Notes: generated by a model not told the origin, from the letters alone. Shown: positions 38,586-53,025, counted from the first letter of the stretch. The stretch is DNA of 64,000 bases from Felis catus (GCF_018350175.1 NC_058368.1:72790001-72854000), one strand, 5' to 3'. Translations and numbers: made by a program.

Positions 38586-38757
38586 CAGAGTATGAGTGGG
38601 GGAGGGGCAGACAGAGCGGGAGACACAGAATCTGAGGCAGGCTCCAGGCTCTGAGCTCTCAGCACAGAGCCCGATGCAGGGCTCAAACTCACAAACTGTG
38701 AGATCATGACCTGAGCTTATATCGGACACTCAACCAACTGAGCCACCCAGGCAGCCC
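38534..38757 (-). mobile_element. Can-SINE (felid type)
   Basis: Full-length antisense copy. TSD caatacatac at 38520-38529 and 38760-38769. Confidence 0.96.
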
Positions 38758-40132
38758 TCCAATACATACTTTATGAAAGAACTTTATTGAGACACAATCT
38801 ACTCACCATAAAATTCACCCAAAGTGTACAAATCAATGGCTATTAGCAAGTCACAGACTTGTATAACCATCGCTACCCAAAATGCAATATATTCTTGAAT
38901 TTCCTTTGCAATATCACTAAAGGATGTCCTTACCATGAGGAAACAATCTGAGAAAATCATAATGTAAAACTTGTACAATGCAATTGGCGATGACATTTTT
39001 AAAGAACTTTGAGTTCAATTGAATAGTTTCTAGATTAAGGTGGCTACATGGGCATAATAACACTGATTGGTTCCTTGGTCACACATAGAAAAGTTTCTAA
39101 TCTGACATACAATATACTTAAAAAAAATGTCATTCCCACCCTCACGATAAGAAAAAGTTGAAGAAACTGATAATCAACAACCCTTCATAGATTCATCCAA
39201 GAATTGAGATCACAAGGCAAACTGCTTCCCTGAGAACTGGAAAAAACAGGTGTGTACAGAGAATCATATATTTTGAGAAGCAGAAGCCCAGGACCAGAAG
39301 TCCATAGATGGGGCCAGTATGGATAGGAACACTTAAACTGTAGTTGATGAATTGCTGGAGGCTTTGTGTGGACTAGCGTAAGACTTAAACACTCTAGGAA
39401 GTAGGGGACATAATTTCCTGAGTTTTACCTCCAGAAGTTGCACCTGGTTCTCAGAGAAAAAAAAAATTCACTTGGACTTTAAGGAGTTATAGGGGGAAGT
39501 AACAATTCTGAAATATATCCAGAACTCTCTGTGCTCCTTTACAATGTCTGCCCTCAAAGTAAATTATTTTACCAGAGGCTAACCAATTTTGGTTTTACCA
39601 AATAACCCAAGTGGAGAAAGGGAAATACCCAACTCCTGTCCCTTCAACCCTTCCCGTGTCACCTATATGGGAAGGGGAGTTGAAAAGTACTTATAAAGAT
39701 GATAAGCCAGGGGAACAGGTTCACTAAACACAAAGTTCTAACCATAAGACTGTATAGAATGCTTCTCCTCCCTTTATACCTTACCACCACATTAATAGGG
39801 CTCCTATATAGAAAGAAGGGATTAAAGCTGAAAGAACCGCAACCTACGTAAGAAGAAGTCTCTAGGGAAGTGCAATGACATCAGGGGAGAGAGGACAGTA
39901 GAAGAAAAGTTAATCCTTGACACCATAACTATAGCAAAAAGGACACACAGCCTAAATCCTAGGCAGATAAATAGAAAAACCCACACCAAAGGGCCCTCTA
40001 ATTCAGTTCCTTCCACTTGATGCATCATGTCTGGTTTCAACAAAAAATTACAAAGCATGCTAAAAGGCAGTCTGAAGAGACAAAGCATCAGAATAAGACT
40101 CAGATGTGGCAGAGAATTTTAAATGACCAGAT

Positions 40133-40569
40133 GGCACACCTGGGTGGCTCAGTTGGTTGAGCATCTGACCCTTGATTTTGTTTTTTTTTTAAACTTTTTT
40201 TAACGTTTATTTATTTTTGAGACAGAGAGAGACAGAGCATGAATGGGGGAGGGTCAGAGAGAGGGAGACACAGAATCTGAAACAGGCTTCAGGCTCTGAG
40301 CTGTCAGCACAGAGCCCGACGCGGGGCTCAAACTCATGGACCACGAGATCATGACCTGAGCCGAAGTTGGCCACTTAACTGACTGAGCCACCCAGGCGCC
40401 CCTGACCCTTGATTTTGGCTGAGGTCACAGTCCCAGGGTGGTAGGATTGAGCCCTGTATTGAGCTGCAGACTCACCATGGAACCTGCTGAAGACTCTGTC
40501 TCTCCCTCAGACCCTATCCCCACTCATGCTCTCTCTTTCTCTCTCAAAATAAATAAATACATAAAATAG
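40133..40569 (+). mobile_element. Older Can-SINE that hosts a nested younger SINE
   Basis: Head at 40133-40180; body resumes at ~40418. Own TSD aatgaccaga at 40122-40131 and 40570-40579. Confidence 0.92.
40181..40402 (-). mobile_element. Younger felid Can-SINE nested antisense in the older SINE
   Basis: TSD (c)tgacccttgattttg at 40165-40180 and 40402-40417, derived from the host SINE. Confidence 0.97.
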
Positions 40570-40609
40570 AATGACCAGAAGTGAAATTTAAAATATCTTA
40601 TTAATATGC

Positions 40610-40829
40610 AGGGCATCTGGGTGGCTCAGTCAGTTAAGCACCTGATTCTTGATCTCAGCTCAGGTCATTGTCTAACGATTTGTGAGTTCAAGCCCCATAT
40701 TGGGCTCTGTGATGATGGCATGAAGCCTGCTTGAGATTCTGTCTCTCCTTCTCTCTGCCCCTGTCTTCCTTGTGCACTCTTTCTCTCTCTCTCAAAATAA
40801 ATAAATAAACATCAAAAAAATTTAAAAAA
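40610..40829 (+). mobile_element. Can-SINE
   Basis: Head agggcatctgggtggctcagtcag and an aataaa/poly-A tail. Confidence 0.94.
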
Positions 40830-41019
40830 TGCATTAACTATAAATGTATATTACAAACTGTGGGCAACCACAAACATTTGTAAAACAAAAGTCTAATTGA
40901 TAATCAAAGAGAAGAGAGAAGCTGGGATCATATACAATGCTCAGTTAAAACCTGAGAAGGCAGTAAGAGTCAAAGAAGAAAAAAGATAAAGAAAAGAAAA
41001 TCTCTGAAAGAAATGTTTG

Positions 41020-41190
41020 GAACAGTTGGGAAATATGAGTATGGGCTGGGTATTGTTTTATGCCATTTCTTACATGTGATATGGTATTGTGGTTACATGG
41101 GAATTAGGTCTTAATCTGATAAGATGCACAGTGATGTATTTAGAAATGAAATGCCATCATGATGTCTGAAACTCACTCTCAAATGACTCA

Positions 41191-41225
<35 letters not shown>

Positions 41226-41355
41226 ATACACAAAGAAAGAGATAAAGAAAAAGAAAATTCTGATAATTATTGAATATAGGTAATGGTTAGGTAGTAGTTC
41301 CTTCAACTTTCCTTTGTATTCAAAATGACTAAAAATCATTTAATAAATTAAAAAA
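41020..41355 (+). mobile_element. Old L1 3' end (L1MC4/L1ME-like) containing (GT)15 at 41194-41223
   Basis: ggtattgtggttacatgg, gtatttagaaatgaaatg, catgatgtctgaaactcactctcaaatg. Confidence 0.6.
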
Positions 41356-42509
41356 TGAATGAAGGAAATAATAGCAATATATACCTCTTGTTTTTGTTCT
41401 AGGGTTGGCTGTACAGCAAAGATGTTGATAAAAATCTACATTTTAACTTTTATGATATCCTTGAAGAATCTAAGGCAGAGAGAATTTATTGTTAGTGAGC
41501 TTGATGAATTCTGTTCTTTAAATTTACAAATAACAAGATCTTTTGTGTGTGATGCTGTGGCTCATTTTTACTCTTAATTTCCAGAGTAATTGGTTTGGGC
41601 CACAAGAGATTATCAAATCATTAGCTACAGGTCACTTAAACCCATAAATCACAAGTTGTGCAATTTTTATTTTACTTCCTAAGTAATATAATATAACTGT
41701 ATAATGAGAAGTAATCTGAGGTTTATAGGAACTTCAGGAAATAAAATTAGTAGCATGTGAAATTAAAAATGAGCTAATAAACATATTTTGCTAAATTTAC
41801 AATTATATCATGCTACTCCTTATGGAAAAACTTAGTGCCTCCTGAGTCAATTGCCTAGTTATTTGAAAGATGCTTTGCAATTCTATAGTATGTTCTCACC
41901 ATGATTAAAAGACCAGTAACAGCACCAGCATGAATTGTTATGTAATTAGGCATGACACATTAATATATGGCTAATACAACTACAAGACCATTATAAACAC
42001 CTATCTTTCTCCTTTAAATTCTTTGTACCAGTATCTTAATCACAAGATGAAAAATAATCATAGCAATTTGAAGAGAACATCTGCTAGTTAAAGGAACATA
42101 ATATCTGTTATCAACTGTCATGTATAAGTGGTCAAAAAATCTGAAGGGCGGTAATTTTCTAAAAAATGCATTGAAAGCTTCATTTAGATTTTTGCTTTTC
42201 CATCATTTTTGAAAGAAATTCATTGCATGCATGTTTTGTGTATATGCTATTCAATATAAAATGGATATGTGAGGAATTTCTCTAAGCAGCATGACCCTAA
42301 ACCAAGAAGAATTATATTTTAAGAGAAAGAAAAAAGTTCTTGGTAAATAGAACTTCAGAAATATGAACGTAATGTTCAGGAAAAAGAAAATTGTTTTCCA
42401 GCCTCAGTGGAATAAAAGTGTGGCAGTACATCAAATATTCTGCTACAGGAAGAGCTAAATCATGTTTTTATTTTATAACATATAGCACACCAACTTCTAA
42501 TACTTAATT

Positions 42510-43290
42510 AAATTCAAGTTAACAAGTACTTACATGTGTAACACTGTGTTAAGATTTGGAGTGATAGAAAAATGACTAAAACTAGTTGTTCACTCTAAAA
42601 TAAGTCATAATGTAATTAGGATAACATATAAATCAACACCGAACTGTACTACAAAACTAAATACTAAATAGAAGAAAAACCAACTTGCCTCAATAGAGCA
42701 GAGAATACCCTCTTTTAGTTGGGAAATCAGGGAATCCTGCATGGAGGAACTGGCATTTGAAACATACCCTGAATTTAAAAAGGAATTTTGAAAACTGGGT
42801 GAGAAAAGGATGGCTTATTTGGGTTTTGAACTGGTATAAGTTGTAGAACAGATGGGAAATGAGAGTGAAAATTAGTTTGAGGCTAATTATAGAAGGTCTT
42901 GACTTTGGGGGTGAAAAGATTGGACCTGAGCATTGTGTCAATGGAGAAACTTTCTGAAAAGGATTGTGACTAACACCCATGTTTTTGGACTCCAACTGTA
43001 GTGGGTGATGAGCTGGAGTGGACAGAGACTGGAGGCAGGGACATGAGTTAGGGGGGCTATTAGAACAACACAGGTGAAAATGATGAGAGAAAAAAGAGAG
43101 GACATAGTCACAGAAACATCCAGGGGATACAGCTGATGAACTTGGGTGTCAGACTGGAGGGGAAAAGAGAAAGAAAAGAAACAAGATCAAAGATAACTCA
43201 GGGTTCTGGTGTGATGGAACTCTTGCCCTGAAATGGAGCACAGAGATCTGAGAATAGAGAACTGGGCTTTATGAATTCATGCTACAGCCA
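42510..43290 (-). mobile_element. L2 fragment
   Basis: Purine-rich antisense L2 motifs: ggaatcctgcatggaggaactggcatttgaa, gagactggaggcaggga, agttaggggggctatt. Confidence 0.65.
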
Positions 43291-43529
43291 GCAGCCACCC
43301 CCCAAATCCAGTTTGCAAATAGCTTAGGGATCAGCCGCTAGTAAATAAAAGGCACTCCTGATGCTCTACACTGTCCCTTCCTGGGTTTCTTTTGTTCTTA
43401 TTTCCAAAATTATGAGCGTCCCCCCCCCCAAAAAAAGCTGTTTTTACAAAATAACTGTTGCATGGGTCTATCTTTTCCACCTTGCAAACACAGACCTACC
43501 TACAGAACCCACCGGCATCTAATTGCAAA

Positions 43530-43922
43530 ACAATGCAGGAAGAGCCTGATGCCTCCAGGCCTTTGTATCTGCAGTGCCCTCTGCCAGGAACACCAGCAGG
43601 ACTGAAGGGTTGACATGGGGCATCTGTAAGCCAGCTGAATCAGCAGTCATCCCCCACCCCAGCCACTCTGTATCCTGTGACCCAGCTTCACAGAGCCTGA
43701 TAGGACCTCACAGCACTGGTCTTGACACTATATGCTACTAAACATGGATGTATTTGATCTGCGTTTGTTGCCTGTTTTCCCCCAATAGGAAAAAAAAATA
43801 AGAAGAAAAAAACACCCCTTCTCTATGAGTGTAGGGCCTTTGGTTTGGCCCACAACTGTATCATCTTCTAGAATGGGGCCCGCTATGCAGTAGGTCCCAA
43901 ATAGAAATTAATTGAAGGAATG
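43530..43922 (+). mobile_element. L2 3' fragment
   Basis: ggcctttgtatctgcagtgccctctgccaggaaca...ctagaatggggcccgctatgcagtaggtcccaaatagaaattaattgaaggaatg. Confidence 0.6.
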
Positions 43923-44135
43923 TTGCTTTTATTATGGTCTTGGAGCTATCAGACCTCCTAGTATCAAGAGTCCTCAAGATGATTAATTACCACTTGTGCA
44001 AGTCTCAATCACCTGCACATATCATAAGGCAGCTATGTTCTTTTTTATTTACTCAATTTAAATACAATTATGTTGCATGCATAATACTATTTTTCTCCCA
44101 GAGACTGCCAATTTGACAGTTTCTTGGCATTACAG

Positions 44136-44271
44136 CAGTGGCTTTCAGACCTGAGCGTGCTTCATGGTCCCAGTCCTAGAGATTGTGATTAAGTGGGTCT
44201 GGGATGGGTCCAACAAGCTCCCAAGGGATGTTGATGTTGCTGGCTGGGGGACCACTCTTTAACAACCACTG
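44136..44271. mobile_element. MER5A-type MITE, internally deleted
   Basis: TIR-like ends cagtggctttca...aacaaccactg and internal aacaagctcccaagggatgttgatgttgctgg. Confidence 0.75.
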
Positions 44272-47200
44272 CCATTACCAACTGTAACATAATTTCAGCA
44301 GAAGCAAATTCTGGGAGTTGAGATGTTTCAATATTTTGGGAATGGAAGAGTGGGTCACAAAGGGGAAGAGATCACTGCTCCCCTGTTTGCAAGGCTTGCA
44401 GCTTTCTAACCTACTTTAAAAATACCTCGAAAGCCTTTTGGTTTTCCTAACTGGATTAAAATGTTACACTCCATTTCATTCAATTGCATTACACTGCTCA
44501 AAAGAACTAAATTCACATTAAAAAGCATTGAGGGTGTAGCAGAAACTAATGAAAGTCATTGTTAGAAGGAGAATGCCCCATATGACTTCTAGTTACTATC
44601 AAGACAAGAAGGACAACATCAAAGACTGTCAGATGTCCTGATGCAATTATGCCTTGGGATTTAATGTCATCTCTTGGGCCCTTGTTGATTTCTGACCTAG
44701 GACCATACAGATTTTCATAATTGATGACCAGTATAAATAGAAAAATCACATTATTTATCACAGAAACCAGGGCACTTTGGAGAAAATAGTGAGCTATTAA
44801 TTTCACTGGGTTCATAGCTATCAAACAGGACTATGGCAGGGGATACAATCATCCTAAATACAAAAGGAAATTATACTAGAGGAAAATTGGATCATAAAAA
44901 TTCATTTGTTGTTTACTGGTTGGTTTTTGTTTTATCATTCTGAAGGATTTTTGAAATTCATTTACAACTACTGTGACTTTCAGAACCTCTTCTCCTCCAC
45001 CCTCACACACTGCAAATCTTCAGACATGCATAAAAGTTGGACCATCCCATTGCCATATGCATATGATCATGGTGCAACAGAAAGAACTTTGGAGTAAAGT
45101 AAAACATAGTTTACATCCCAGCTCTGCCGTATGGCCTTGAACCTCTCTCCACCAGGGTTTAAGTGATGGACAATGACACCTACCCCACAGAATTACTTAT
45201 GTCAACAAGCATGAATCACCTAGATTCGTGGCTGTTTATACATCATGCTTAGCAAACATTCATTTCTTTTTTTTCCCCAAGATGTACATAAGGCAAAATT
45301 TAATCTTACTATCCTAAGAGATGCATATAATTTCTTAACTCCAGGGTGACATTTCAACTGTGCATCTGAGGATATCTGAGCACAAGGGATAGGACGGGGT
45401 GAGGTAGATAGAGGCATAATTTAGAAAGTAGCAAATGAGAAAACCTCAACTTTGTTATTTAATCATCTGCAGTATTTATTTTCTAATTTGAGATTTTATT
45501 AATGGAGAATATAAGTTTTTAAAAATCAAAACCCATTTTTTATTGAAGTATAATTAGCATACAATATTATATTAGTTTCAGGTATGCAACAACTGAGTTT
45601 CTGGATATGTTTCATAAAAGATGAAGAGAATCTACAAATGTGTATAGAGTCATTTAGAGGCCAAGGAGCCACAGTGTGATAAGCAGGTCACCTACAGTAT
45701 CATGTAACATAAGCTGGTTCTGATTTTTATATCTTCTCTATTCCATTATCATCTTGCCATTCTCTAAAATCACCAAACTAATGTTCAAAGTGGATTCTTT
45801 TGGTAGAAACACCTGCCTGCCAAAGATGGGGGTTGGGAGGACAGTAGAATTCATTAATGGGTGGGGTTTTATAAGTGGGACAATTTTTATCCTCATTCCA
45901 AGACCTTCGCCTCAAGTTTCATATCTCTGGGCTTCCATAAGAATTCCAAATATTCTTTATGCATTATCCTCAGTCACATAGAATTTTAAAAGGCCAGAGC
46001 TGAAAGCATCTAACAGGTAAACTAACCCAAGATTCTAATTTTATAGATAAAGAAAACCAGTCCAGAGATGTACAGTCCCTTATCCAAAGTCAGATAGATG
46101 ATGAGTAAAGTGCCAGGCTTGGAAGCCCATATCTGGTTCTTTTCAGTGGCTCACACTCCCCCTCTACCTTAGCCATTAAAGACCAACTCAAAAGGGCTCT
46201 CTCCGTGGGTCACTCAAATGGGTCCTTGGATTTCATGAAAGTCTCTCTTAAATGACCTAGACTTCCAACAATAAGAAATGTGCTAAACTAAATCATGTAA
46301 ACCTATATGCTGAACCAGTTTACACACAAAAAATTATATTCTACACTATTTCATAGCATGTGAAGACATTTATGATATATTGTTTAAGAACGTTACAAAA
46401 GGCAGTTAGTTATGTTATGATTCAAATGCTTGTAAACATAAAAGAGGAAGTATGATAGGTTACACACAAAAATACTAACAACCATTAATTCTAGATGTTC
46501 ATATTGCAGGTAAATTTGTAGTTTGCCATGATTTCCATATGTTTTTCAAAAGTATGTATTATTTTTGTAACTATAAGGGAGGAAATAACAACTGGATGGC
46601 AAGTAAATACATCTTCAAGTAAATATTCTGAGGCTTTATTGATCCTTTGTTATTGGCTTTCTCCCTTTTTCCTTGACCCTGATCTCTCCCCAGATTTTCA
46701 TCCCTGAGACCTCTTATAACTGCTTTCCATATTTCTGAATACAAATGCTTATACCAACCTTCAGTTTAGCTATATACTACACTTGTAATCTCAGAGGAGC
46801 ACAGCGCTCCATTATGTATTCTTATAATCTGACTATGCTAGGACATTCCAATGGAAATGTCCCGGAATAAAGTGAAACTATGAGTGAGAAGCTAGGGCTG
46901 AAGATGAAGGCTGGAAGGTCACCTATGTGCAGAGAAGGAGAAGTCAAGAGAGAAAAGCCAAGGAATTCCTTAGAAGGCTAAGAGACTAGAACAGATATTC
47001 AAGGCTAGACTTTAGGGAGAGAGACACCATTGGGGTTGAGATGAAGAATTAAATCAGGAAACAAAGAGAAAAACAGCAAAAAGTGTTCTTATGGAAACCA
47101 AGAAGAAAGATGAACAGTACTGAAAACTGTTTATTTACATATAGTGGCAGAATAGGGACAATTAAAAATTAATTTGAAAACATTTAAAAGGAATGATGGC

Positions 47201-49753
47201 CCAAACATTGTTTTGATCATTTAAGAACATAGAAAAAAAAACTCCAAAGAAAATAAAACACTGAAAAAATTCTTTATGTTGTCTTTTATGATTAGAAATG
47301 AGGAACATTACCCTAAACATAACACCTGATTCCAGAAACCAGAAAAAGGATAAAATCCAGGAAAGAAATTCTGTCTGTCATGGGTGCTCATCAAGGAAGC
47401 CTTATGACAGGAAAACCAGCAAGCATTAGGCTTGGAGATTCTACTGACAAACATTTCATTGTAAAGAAGAGTCTTAAGGGTAATAGGAGACTATGGAAAT
47501 ACAATGCTAAGCTAAGAACATTCATATTTTGAGATCATGGACCACAATGACATCAAAGATGTCATAACCAAGTGGCTGCTTTCAGTGCAAAAAAAGTTGG
47601 CTTGTTGTTGTTGTTGTTGTTAATGTGGGCATGGGAACAATTGGAAGCATGGTTACTATTAGAACCTGGAAAACACTCTAGCACTAAGAAACACCTGAAG
47701 GAGAAATGCATGAGCTTTCCTGTGCCAGCTCTCTTTCTTCTGATTTCAAAAATGGTAACCTCTAGCTGAGACCAATGGATTTGTCAAACGTTTCTAATGC
47801 CCACTTGTAGGGGCAAAATAGACATTAAACTCAACAAAGAAACTGAAGTCACCATCCTGTTAATGATCATAGTGGAGTACAGAGCTCAGCCCTTCAATTC
47901 ACTGTCTGGTGTTTTTGTTGTCCCCTCTGCTTCACTGTTCCTCTCCCTAGAGAGGTAAACTGTGTGTTACCCCACTGACAGAAAACCACCAAGTTGAATC
48001 AAGCAGCGTGAGTCTCAGATCTCATCAGGGGATTTGGAGCCCCTACTTCTGCATTGACTGGCATTATTCGAGCAAAGGTGTATATGTAACATATTTGCTC
48101 ATCAGGTTGGGAGTTAAGGCATCCAGTGCCTTCAGCAGGGGGAAAAGGAATTCTGTATAGGCTTATACTTGAAAAGGAACTACATCTATTCCAGACATTT
48201 CCTATGAGTCTGGTTATGTTTGGGGAAAGAAAAGAGATGAGTCACTTTAGAATGTTATGTTTATGTGATTCAACACAGGAGTAAAAAAAAGTTGCTTCAT
48301 CAGGTCAGATGTGAATACATCAAGTTTGCTAATGTATAGACTAAGTCCGGGCATAAACAGATGTTTGACCTGGAACCTCCTTTTGGAAGCAGTGAGCCTT
48401 TGGTCAAAGCACACCCTAATCTCCATCTGAAGGCCTGTCAACTACAGCAGTGTTCTCCCTCCTTGACAAAGTATCTATCTGTGTTCATGGCCCTTCCAGG
48501 CATTGATCTGCCTTTGGAGAAACAAGCATTTATGTAGAAGCATCAATTCCTTTCCAGAGAAGATACTTCATTAGAACGTCAGGCAATGAATGATGTTTTG
48601 GTATTTTGGACATTTGATTTCATTTATTCCTGGGATTTATTCTAAGGAAGCAATCCAAAATTAAATGCAAATGGTGCTCGTTTTGCTTTACAATCTATTT
48701 TCCACGGAGAGGACTTCTTTTTAGTTCTTATATCCATTTAGGGACTCTGTTATAAAAATCTCCACATAGATACATAATCTAATGCAAATAAGCCTAAGAA
48801 ATGATGATTTTGCTTTTGAATTACAGCGTTCTCTATGCAAATAGTAGCATTTAAACTCACACAGAGCTTTCTCTGTTCAATGCTGACACCATACAAAATA
48901 CCTTAATGTGGCCTCGGCTTCAAGATTTCTTTCTTTTCATCTTTTTCTTTACACACAACAGGAACAATATCAGCCTGCTGATCTTTCCAATATGCTATGT
49001 GTGTTTTTTCTGATTGGTTTTTGAAGGGCAGTGCACATCAGCATATGCTCTATCCTGGTGACGTGGCTAATGACAATATTTACAAAGATGACTCCTAAAT
49101 AAGAGTTCTAAAGCCCGCTGAAAAAAGACATTAGGTGGCACACATTCAATGGCTTCTCATTACTAACCAAACTTGAAAAACTGTTATGATGTGAATTAAT
49201 CTTAAAAACTAACTTGTAAAATGTGTTATGCAGATACCACATGCGAGATAAATGTCAATCTTTCCTGACAGATTATTCCTGCTATAACTTGTATGTAATC
49301 AATTTGGAGAAATGAACCAACTTCTAGCTCTCTCAAAGTTTTAGGTAAAGCCTTTGCATACTAAAGCCACCATTATAATCACCTAGAAAATAAATGATAG
49401 AGTGTTCCTGGACTTGCCATTCTATTAGGTAGGTGCTGTGTTGTATTTGTAATAATTACAACAACCACTCTTGTTTATTTATAAAATACGAATCAGCTAA
49501 AATGTGCTTCTCCGATTGTCCATCTACCCTCCATTACTGAAATCCAATGAGTAAGTAAAAGGTACAAGTACTTAGTGCTAAGAGGGGTTTGAGAAATGAA
49601 TGAGGCATATTCTATCAACAGAACTTGGGACAATGCAATGAGAAACGCTAAAGAACGGGCACACATGAGCTCTCTGCACTGTCTCTGCAACTTTTGGGTA
49701 AAACTGAACTTTTTCTTAAATAAGAAGTTTATTAAAAAACATCTTACTGGGGA

Positions 49754-49897
49754 GGGGCACCTGGGTGGCTCAGTTGGTTGAGCGTCTGACTTTTGGTTTT
49801 GGCTCAGGTCATGATCTCACGTTTCATGGGTTCGAGTCCCACATCAGGCTTCACACTGATAGTGTGGAGCCTGCTTGGGAGTCTCTCTCTCGCTCTT

Positions 49898-49930
<33 letters not shown>

Positions 49931-49984
49931 ACCTCTCCCCTGCTTTCCCTGTCTTTCAAAATAAGTAAATAAACTTAAAAAAAA
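49754..49984 (+). mobile_element. Can-SINE with long (CT)n, just downstream of an old L1 3' tail (~49600-49740)
   Basis: Head ggggcacctgggtggctcagttgg and an A tail. Confidence 0.94.
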
Positions 49985-50004
49985 CTAATTGGGCAAATAA
50001 AATA

Positions 50005-50196
50005 CTGATTTTACCACTCCCTGAAAGTAGAGCATTCCTATGAAACCTTTTGTAAGCCAAAGTCGTGTGAAGCGAAGAAGCAATTACCATTTTGGAAAAG
50101 CAAAAATCCTCTTTGGATTTCTTCTGGTTAACCAAGACCAGTACCAATGTAGGTCTTTCATAAAAGCAAAGTGGCCTAATGTGAACTTCCGAAAAG
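50005..50196. mobile_element. TcMar-Tigger-type non-autonomous element fragment
   Basis: Starts after a TA. gaaagtagagcattcctatgaaaccttttgtaagcc...aatgtaggtctttcataaaagcaaagtggc...aacttccgaaaag resembles a Tigger MITE common in carnivores; subfamily not determined. Confidence 0.6.
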
Positions 50197-52942
50197 AAAA
50201 TTGTTACATGCAGTTATAATGAGTTAGGACATAAAGACCGATGAGGAAGGTAAATAGAAGGTGGCTGTATTTCACTGATTAATCAAGAACATCAGCAGTG
50301 AGTGATTTGTATTGTTAGATTAGATTATTTTATTACTAGATTTTAATGATAACTTTTTATTTAACAATAAGTTCAGGTTTACAGAAAAGTTTCAAAACTT
50401 CACCACGTGAGGGCATCTATTTTTAATCCATTATAATTACTCCGTGAAACTCTGATAGAAAAACGATTTTATAAATACCACAAGTTGTTATAAAATCTGA
50501 TAGGAAATTCTCCACATTTTATAAAAGGTGGTTCCCCCTTATCCTACCTAAGTGCAGAAACAAACCAACCAAAAATAACCAAGCTGAATTTTGCAGTTTA
50601 TAGGCCTTTTGATATCTCATATCAGGCCAAATAAACAACCAAAAACCTTGGAAAATACCAAGGTCTGAAATATGAGTCACAAAATCGTACTTCTGAGAGG
50701 TGGACAAATACCATTAGGTTAAATAGAAATTAATTTCCTAAAAAACTTAGGATATGACACTTAAAGAGTTTTTAACTGATATCCCCAGTGCAGTTATTTC
50801 AGCTAGCAAAACTGTGTGAATTTGTTTTAGAGGAAATAAAAAACAGAAAAGGAAGAAGGGCTCTCATGAATAATGATGAACTCAGGTTTCACTCTCTCTG
50901 GATCCCAAAATGTCCAAAACTGGTTAAAATGCACAGGGTCCAGTGTATGTGTTCAAGTACCTCTGAGGCAAATGTGCCCACTGATCCAAGAGTCATGAAT
51001 GTGTTTATAACACAATATAGATGTAAGAAATGGGATGAAGATAAGGGCGGGCCAACTGCAAAACTGTGAGCATGTTTCTGAACTGGTAGTGAGTGAACAA
51101 TAAGGCACCTATCACAGCTGGATGGGGAGAGGTGAGTCCCATCACTACTCTAATGCTATCCAACAGATAGGGACATTCAATGACTCAGTGAATCTATTTC
51201 TTTATCTGTCAAACAGGGTTGATCAAACTCTTCCCATCAATCAAGCTGTGCAGCAGTGAAATGCCAAAGAGTTCACCTCTGTGAGGGTGTGGGGGGCACA
51301 CCCTACAGAGATAGGACGTTGGAAAATGCCTATGATTTTGTGATTCTTTTCATAATAACAACAGGTGGTTATTGATCTTTTACTCTGTATTGTTATATTC
51401 CAAGGACGTGATCCTCCTGGTGATGTACCTAAGTTAATGTAATACTGAGAGAGCTATAATGAGATCCTATTGTACTTCTAAGACATCTTGTTATCTGTTA
51501 GAATAAACTGGGGCAGAAGAAGAAAGAAGAAGTGAGAGAAGCAGGATATAAAGTGATGATGAGCCTTGGATCCCACTGAGGGTCAAGTTAGAGAGGAGAC
51601 CAGACTATAGACCACAAGTGAGTCATCCGATCTCACTGCATCTGTGCTTATAATTTATGTGAAAATTACCACAAAAATAAAGAAATCAATTGTATATAAG
51701 TTTAGACATCCTCTAATTCCATCTTATGAGACAATATTTTCATGATCACCAATAGAAAATTACAAGAAAATAGTATTACCAATTATCATCTAATTGGTAG
51801 TAATTGGTACGTGCTGGGTATACACCAGCTCCTGGGGACTCTCGTGAAAATCAGTTAAAGCTATGGAATGGTCTTCTGATCTATTTCTCTTGAAAACATG
51901 TTGATCCATTCTTCACGGCCCACAGTTACTGAACTTCTTATTTCTCAAGTTAGGGTAGGGCTCTCTAAATCATTCTATCGTTATTAAAATCATTTCTGTG
52001 AATGTCCATTTAATGAACAGACTTCAGTGCTTAATGGTGCTATTTATGCACTTCCTAAGGTATTTTTTCATTTTGTTTTGCCATTAAAGAAGTCTTACCA
52101 TTAATCAATACATATTTTAGGAAAGGGGTAATGGAAAGACCTGCCATATTACACTGGGAAAATACAACAATGCTGACGCTTAATCATGTAAATGTCCTAT
52201 TGCCTTTAGGTCACATACTAGGACAACAGACTGCCTTTAAATAGCAAGACAAATGGTATATTTCTCAGTCCTTTCCATATGATGGATGATTCAATTGCTC
52301 TGTTAACCAAAGAAAGTATGTATCTGGATACATAGTAAGTATGTATCTGGATGTAAATGTTAGTGTTTGGTAGAATGTGGACAAATGTTCTCTTGAACTT
52401 GTTATGGGAACTCACCTATATAACATAATTTAAACACGTGTTCAGTAGGGAGATTTGAGACCAGTGAAACTGATATGCAATATCACAACCTAATTCATTT
52501 ATGGAATTAGGTGGAAAAGATTGAGAGCCATTTGTCAGTTATCTCTGGTCTAGGGCTTAATTTTATAAATTCTAGATCTATATTATATCATCAATGAGTA
52601 TCAGATATATCCACCCTGATTTACAGAAAAGTAATTGAAAATTTAGACAAATTTGAATATTTATTGGTTCTGAGGGTAAAACTACAAAAAAAAGTCCTCC
52701 CTTAATAAAAAAAACCCTCCCTTAATACAAATGCCATATGTGTTCTTTGAAATAAAAATGGAAAGGAAAGTTTAATGAGAAAGAAACCATAGTTCCATAT
52801 ATATTACATTTTTAACACCTGATATATTCTTTCATACCTTTACCACATATAGTTGTGTTTGTATAAATAAGATCATATTGAATATTATATGCTAACTCCC
52901 CTTTAATAATATATTGTAAGTATCTTTCCATGTAAAAGACTC

Positions 52943-52982
52943 AGCTAGCTAGCTAGTTAGCTAGCTAAATAGATAGACAGAT

Positions 52983-53025
<43 letters not shown>

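Larger units (their letters stand above)
39120..41000 (+). mobile_element. Ancient L1 5' region, ORF1 start and inter-ORF fragment (L1MC/L1MD-like), interrupted by three SINEs
   Basis: acaaaaaattacaaagcatgctaaaaggcag...gaagagacaaagcatcagaataagactcagatgtggcagaga and ggatcatatacaatgctcagttaaaacctgagaaggcag. Confidence 0.6.

Noticed and set aside
48902..49117. Minus-strand exon-like unit with a good acceptor (ctaatgtcttttttcag)
   Set aside because: Stops in all frames and only a moderate donor; most likely a pseudo-exon.
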